A program made the translations under genes and the position numbers. The notes under the pieces were generated by a model that had not been told where the DNA came from, searched no databases, and worked only from the letters and a program-made list of their open reading frames with translations. A stretch of 64,000 bases of DNA from Chthoniobacteraceae bacterium (GTDB lineage: Bacteria > Verrucomicrobiota > Verrucomicrobiia > Chthoniobacterales > Chthoniobacteraceae). Positions within the stretch are counted from its first letter, which is position 1. Every line of letters starts with the position of its first letter. The stretch is from NCBI GenBank assembly GCA_037190965.1, contig JBBCKI010000030.1, positions 1-64,000 on the forward strand. Direction: 5' to 3'. Shown in pieces: positions 58,898-64,000 of this stretch.

Positions 58898-60678
58898 TGG
58901 AAGAGACCCCCCTAAAATCCCGTGTTTCGCAGGACTTCGATATTCTAAGAGGTTACCTGCGCCCCTTCTGGAAACGCTTCACCACAGCGATGGTGGTCTC
59001 GAGTGTCTCGATGGGGTTCGGGCTCATGTTTCCCTTTCTGGTCGGCTTCCTGATCGACGCGGCGATTCCCTCGGTCAAAACGTTCCCGGCGGGGAGCTGG
59101 AATCCCTCCGTCAACGAGGTCGCTTTGCTCCTTTTCGGCTCCCTTGCCATCCAAGCCATCCTGACGTTTTTCAGCTCTTACTGGTTCAACCAGGTTGGCG
59201 AATCGGCCGTCGTCGGGCTGCGCCGCGATCTCTACGGGCGCCTCATTTCCCTGCCAATGAAGTTCTTCGGGGAACACCGGGTGGGTGAACTGGCCAACCG
59301 CGTCTCCAGCGACTGCGCCATTATTCAAGACACCCTTGTCGCCACCGTGCCGCAGTTCATTCGCCAAGGAGCCCTCCTCCTTGGCGGTCTTATTTTCATT
59401 GCCGTCACTTCTCTTAAACTCTCGCTGGCGATGATCTCCACCGTGCCGGTCGTGATCCTCGTTGCAATCCTCTTTGGTAAAAAAATCCGCCGTTATTCGC
59501 GGGTGGCGCAGGATCGGCTGGCCAGCAGCGCCACCGTGGTGGAAGAAACACTCCAGGGCATCGTCAACGTAAAGGCCTTCGGCAATGAAGGTTATGAGAC
59601 CAACCGTTACGGCGGCAACCTGAGCGCCTACCTCGTCACCGCGCTCAAATCCGCACGACTTCGCGCCGGGTTGATCTCGTTCGTCATCATCGGGGTCATC
59701 GGCTCGATCATCCTCGTTCTCTGGTACGGAGCTCATTTGATGCAACAAGGGCAATTGAGCCACGGCGAACTGACCCGCTTTGTGTTCTTCACGATGTTCG
59801 TGGGCGGCGCGGTCGCCTCCTTTGCCGAGGTCATCAGCCAGCTTCAACGCACTCTCGGAGCCACGGAACGGGTCCGCGAAATGCTCGAGGAACCGGCCGA
59901 GTCTCACATCGACATCACCGGCGAGGAAGATCGCCAGCCGAAAGGAGCGGTCGAGTTCGTGCAGGTTCACTTCAACTACCCGTCGCGTCCCGACATCACC
60001 GTCTTGCGCGGCGTCTCCATCCAGGCGGCCGCCGGAGAAAAAATCGCGATCGTCGGCCCGAGCGGCGCAGGGAAATCGACCTTGGCCGCACTGCTCCTCC
60101 GCTTTTACCAACCCAGGGAAGGTTGCCTGCTTTTCGACGGGCACGATGCCAACGAGTTCCGGCTCGCCGCCATTCGCAACAAAACCGCGCTCGTGCCCCA
60201 GGAAGTGATGCTTTTCGGCGGCTCGATCGGCGAGAACATCGCCTACGGCCGCCCCGGTGCGACCGAAGAGGAGATCCTGCAAGCCTCGCGCCAGGCTAAC
60301 TGCCACGAATTCGTGAGCCGCCTCCCCGAGGGATACAACACGGTGGTCGGGGATCGCGGCGTTCAGCTTTCCGGCGGCCAGCGGCAGCGCGTCGCCATCG
60401 CCCGGGCCTTACTCAGGGACCCGGCGATCCTGATTCTGGACGAAGCCACCAGCTCGCTCGACAGCGAAAGCGAAGCGCTCATTCAACAGGCGCTCGCAAC
60501 CCTGCTGGAGGGGCGCACCGCCTTTATCATCGCGCACCGGCTTTCCACCGTCCGCAACGCCGACCGCATCTACGTGCTGGAGGAAGGGATCGTCGCGGAG
60601 ACGGGCACCCATGCGGAGCTGATCGCGATGGATGGAATCTACCGGCGGCTTCACGACCTGCAGCTTGCCAATGAGTAA
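58898..60678 (+). CDS. ABC exporter, fused permease/ATPase (MsbA-like)
   Basis: Six TM helices; GPSGAGKS, VPQE, LSGGQRQR, ILDEATSSLD, IAHRLST. ORF begins GTG 58879; in-frame ATG (MEETP) near 58897. Confidence 0.93.
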
Positions 60679-60734
60679 CCCCTAAAAGTGATGAGGGGAA
60701 GGAATGAGGCATGCCTAGAGCCGACCGCTCTAGC

Positions 60735-60895
60735 CGGTGCGGCAGCACCGGTAGCCCGCTCGCGCCGTCGAGCGCGGGTATCGACTCTCCCTGGCTTGAT
60801 GAAGGCCGCATCCCAATCCCAGCAGCCCGCCCCACGAGGATGGACGCCAACGCGACTCTTCACCGATCCCGCGCTCGCGGCGCGAGCGGGCTACC
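60735..60895 (+). repeat. GTAG-REP doublet (REPIN) copy F
   Basis: CGGTGCGGCAGCACCGGTAGCCCGCTCGCGCCGTCGAGCGCGGG ... CCCGCGCTCGCGGCGCGAGCGGGCTACC, between convergent genes. Confidence 0.9.
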
Positions 60896-63297
60896 TACTT
60901 CACCACCGCAGGAGTTGCCGGAGCCGGGGCCAACGCCACCCCCTCTTTGCGTAGCGCCTCGTGGAGCGCCACCGTCAGTTCGCTTCGGATCTGGAACCAC
61001 TCTTCGTAGGAATTGGTCCAGGCGCGCACCTCAAATTCGAAGGCCGCCGGGCTCATTTTCAGGAAATAGGCATTTGGCGCGGGATGGTCCGCCACGCGGG
61101 GATGCGCGGCGGCCACTTGCCTTAGCAAGTCGATCACGCACGCGGGATCGCATCCCGGCATGACATTGACGGCGATCTCCATCCCTCGCTGGCGGTTGGA
61201 GCGTGTCCAGTTGGTCACACGGTCGGAGAGGAGCGTTCCATTGGGTACGATGATTTCCGAGCCGCTGGATGTCCGGATCACGCTGGCGCGGATGCCGATC
61301 TGGTTGACGACGCCCGACGAATCGCCGATCTGCACCACATCACCGACGTTCACCGGGCGTTCGAAAAGCAGAATCAACCCCGAAACGAAGTTATTGACGA
61401 TGTTCTGAAGGCCGAAACCGAGGCCCACGCCAAACGCACCGGCGAGAATCGTCACTTTCGTCAGGTCAACCCCCAGCATGGCGACGGCCAGGAAGAAGCC
61501 CAGCAACAGGACCGCGTAGTGGAGTACCGTCGAGATCGCGTAAGGAAGCCCGCGAGAGAGGCGGACGCGGGGATAGACATCTTCCTCCAGCACAAAGCGA
61601 ATGAACTTCGAGAGCAGAAAGGTGGCCCAGACGGTCAACCCGAAATCGAGCACGTTCCGCAGCGAAGGGAGGAACGAATCCGCGCCGGGCTTGGCTTTGA
61701 GAATTTCGCCAATTTTTTCCGCCACGACGCCGTTGAGTGAAAGAAGCCGTATGGTCAGCCACCCCCAGAGCAGCACAATGGCCCAGCGAAGGATTCGGCG
61801 GGATCGCTCCCAAAGTAAAGGCCGGTAACGCCGAACCATCCCGAGCCCCTTCAAGGGAGGAACACAGAGCGCCCACATCAAAATACCGTCACCAATGGCC
61901 ACCAGACCGGAGAAGACGACCGCGAGATAAAAGCTCCCCAAAAGCGCGTTGCCCACCAGCATCGAAAGGCGCACATACCCGAACGCATTGGCGAGAAACG
62001 CCGCGGCAAACACCGCCAGCGCGATGCGCGCGCCGTAACGGACCGCGTGACGCAGAAACCCGTCCGCCTCAGGGGAACGTGCCGAACGCCGCAACAGCAA
62101 AAGCGCAAAGAGCAACCCCGCAAACATCTCCGAGAGAAACATCCCCCGCGACAACAATGGGAGCGCGGCCACGAGATCGCGGGCGGTGTCGAAGATGAAG
62201 AACCCGATCAGGACATTGAGAATCGGATAAAGCGACGGCACGATAAGCCTTCGCAAAATGAGAATGGCCGGAATGAGCGACGCCGCTCCGGCGAATGCCA
62301 GAAAAAGCCTTGGCGGCTGCAGGTAGATCCAAGGGCTTGCCAGCATGGAGAGCACCAGGGCGGTGGCAGCAGGCATCTCTGCCACGCTCCTGACGCGTTG
62401 CAGGGCCGGATCGTCCCCCATTCTCCCGGCCATTTTCTCCATCCCCTGTCGCGTCTGCAGAAGTACCCCGAAGAGTATGGCGAAGACCAGCGCGTGCAGG
62501 ACAAACCGCCCCGCGCTTTTTTCGACGTAAGCCTTCAATCCCGTGAATTGCGCGGAAAACGAGTTCTGCCCCTGCTGAGCCAGCGATTCCTCGGCAGCCG
62601 GGCGCAGTTCCACGCTCCAGATCGCCACCCCCTCCTTGACGAACAGGCTGCGAACCGCCTCGTTGCGAGCCTGCTTCAAGCGAGTGAGAACTTCGGCTAC
62701 CCGGGCGTCCTGCTCCGCCACGCGGGTTTGCAGCTTAAGCACTGCCTCGCGCTGTTTCCCCGCCTGTTTGCGGGTCTCCTTGATCGAGGTGATCAACTTA
62801 TCCACCCTCTGGAGCACTTCGGGCGGCGCGTCTGAACTCACGGCCTTGGTCCCGCTCCAAAGGGCCTCCATTTCGGAGAGGCGCGCAATCTCGGTATCGA
62901 GCCATTTTGCGCGCCCGGAGAGCCCGTCCTTCCAACCGGTGAGGGTCTCGGCGGTTTTCACCCACTGGGCCTCAAGGGCGGGGAGCATTTCCAAAGTGGG
63001 ACTTGGCAGCCCATCCCCACGCCCGGCGTCGATCTCCCGCGAAAGGGTGGATACCGCCGCATCCACCGTGGCGACAATCGGGTCGCCCAGCAACCCGGTC
63101 TCGATCTCGCGCCGCTTGGCCTCTGTCGCATCCCCCTGTGCCACGATTTCTGACAGCGGCACTGACGGGGGAGTGGGACTCGGAGCGGGTGTTTCCACCT
63201 TGGCCGGGGATGGAGAAGGCGTTGGAGCGCCCAGGCCCGGGAAGGCGGCTCCTCCCAAAAACACGATGAGAAGAAGAGTGCGGAAGAGAAACATCAT
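60895..63297 (-). CDS. Large mechanosensitive channel, MscS family (MscK-like)
   Basis: Signal peptide, periplasmic coiled coil, multiple TMs, GVGLGFGLQNIVNNFVSGLILLFERP, IIVPNG, VTNWT. Confidence 0.92.
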   Translation of the reverse strand: MMFLFRTLLLIVFLGGAAFPGLGAPTPSPSPAKVETPAPSPTPPSVPLSEIVAQGDATEAKRREIETGLLGDPIVATVDAAVSTLSREIDAGRGDGLPSPTLEMLPALEAQWVKTAETLTGWKDGLSGRAKWLDTEIARLSEMEALWSGTKAVSSDAPPEVLQRVDKLITSIKETRKQAGKQREAVLKLQTRVAEQDARVAEVLTRLKQARNEAVRSLFVKEGVAIWSVELRPAAEESLAQQGQNSFSAQFTGLKAYVEKSAGRFVLHALVFAILFGVLLQTRQGMEKMAGRMGDDPALQRVRSVAEMPAATALVLSMLASPWIYLQPPRLFLAFAGAASLIPAILILRRLIVPSLYPILNVLIGFFIFDTARDLVAALPLLSRGMFLSEMFAGLLFALLLLRRSARSPEADGFLRHAVRYGARIALAVFAAAFLANAFGYVRLSMLVGNALLGSFYLAVVFSGLVAIGDGILMWALCVPPLKGLGMVRRYRPLLWERSRRILRWAIVLLWGWLTIRLLSLNGVVAEKIGEILKAKPGADSFLPSLRNVLDFGLTVWATFLLSKFIRFVLEEDVYPRVRLSRGLPYAISTVLHYAVLLLGFFLAVAMLGVDLTKVTILAGAFGVGLGFGLQNIVNNFVSGLILLFERPVNVGDVVQIGDSSGVVNQIGIRASVIRTSSGSEIIVPNGTLLSDRVTNWTRSNRQRGMEIAVNVMPGCDPACVIDLLRQVAAAHPRVADHPAPNAYFLKMSPAAFEFEVRAWTNSYEEWFQIRSELTVALHEALRKEGVALAPAPATPAVVK

Positions 63298-63483
63298 GGC
63301 AGCCAGAGTGCGGCTATTGCCTGTATGCCCAATCCCGCTCCGGCGCAAGGATCGGATTTTCACCCCCGTTTGGCCAAAGTAAAAACCGCTTGACCGAACA
63401 TGAAATGTTCGGCATCTATTTTGTAAGGACAATGTAAATCTCACTCCTCGAACTTCGTCCGAAACCTCTCCCGGAATTTGGCC

Positions 63484-64000
63484 ATGCCCGAACTTCACCG
63501 TTGCCTCCCGAAACCGCGAGTCCGTCCTCCTGGGCCGCAAAGCGTGCTTGCGTTTACCTTGATCGAACTGCTCGCGGTGATCGCCATCATGGTCATGCTG
63601 TTGGCCTTCACGATCCCCATTATCCGGAGCGGCACGGACATGAACAAATCGGCGTGGGAGATAGCCGGCATCATCGAACAGGCCAGGGCCTACGCAATGG
63701 CGCAAAACACCTACGTCTGGGTTGGCTTCAATGAAGCCCAAGCCGTTGTGCCGGCAAACCAGACCAATACCGCCGTTTTCGTGGTGGCCTCCAAAGACGG
63801 AACGGCAACCTTCAATACGGCAAATCTATCGCAAATCGGGAAGACCACGATCTTTCAAAACCTGACGATTGGCGATTTCTCCGGCGCAACTTTCAACTAC
63901 GGAAACCGGCAGAGGAATTCCGGCGACGTCCAAGTCACGCAGCTTTCAGGAAAATCTCCTGTCACCATGGTCCTGCCCGGAAAGCTCTCGACCTACACCG
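63484..64000 (+). CDS. Prepilin-type (pseudopilin/FimT-like) protein, truncated by the window end
   Basis: Not in the ORF track (no stop); ATG 63484 reads MPELHRC...AFTLIELLAVIAIMVML...EQARAYAMAQNTYVWVGF...VVASKDG and stays open to 64000. Confidence 0.85.
   Translation, partial: MPELHRCLPKPRVRPPGPQSVLAFTLIELLAVIAIMVMLLAFTIPIIRSGTDMNKSAWEIAGIIEQARAYAMAQNTYVWVGFNEAQAVVPANQTNTAVFVVASKDGTATFNTANLSQIGKTTIFQNLTIGDFSGATFNYGNRQRNSGDVQVTQLSGKSPVTMVLPGKLSTYT

Noticed and set aside
63394..63412. LexA SOS box
   Set aside because: Spacing is GAAC-N7-GTTC, not the N4 spacing of known palindromic GAAC/GTTC LexA boxes; kept only as a generic operator
63298..63741. N-terminal extension of the 948-aa MscS ORF
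   Set aside because: Antisense to the real prepilin gene; the signal peptide begins at 63297

Overview
High-GC bacterial chromosomal segment, most likely from a Verrucomicrobiota (Chthoniobacterales/Spartobacteria-like) genome. This is inferred from PEP-CTERM proteins with autotransporter-associated beta-strand repeats, an H-X9-DG pseudopilin and futalosine-pathway mqnD. Housekeeping content: recC-recB-recD, mqnD, moeB/moeZ, priA, DEAD-box helicase, rlmH, trxB, ribE, rpsT, typA, slyD, an MsbA-like ABC exporter and a large MscS-family channel. Accessory content: a pseudopilin plus two PEP-CTERM surface proteins; a P1B-ATPase whose CPC motif is replaced by GAC; a doxD (TQO) plus ArsR-rhodanese sulfur module with a candidate operator; an 884-bp tandem duplication of a metallophosphoesterase; a glycan locus with nucleotidyltransferase-kinase and GT4-kinase fusions; a group-2 mrp Na+/H+ antiporter operon; and a CstA-YbdD/YjiX fusion. 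Non-coding highlights: a candidate nhaA-I-like (Li+/Na+) riboswitch with its own sigma70 promoter and an overlapping terminator-like hairpin upstream of mrp; six copies of a ~160-bp GTAG-type REP doublet (REPIN); and a second REP-doublet type flanked by a 23-bp duplication of half of the rpsT terminator. No rRNA, tRNA, CRISPR array, transposase or integrase was seen. All family assignments come from motif recognition by eye, not database searches.
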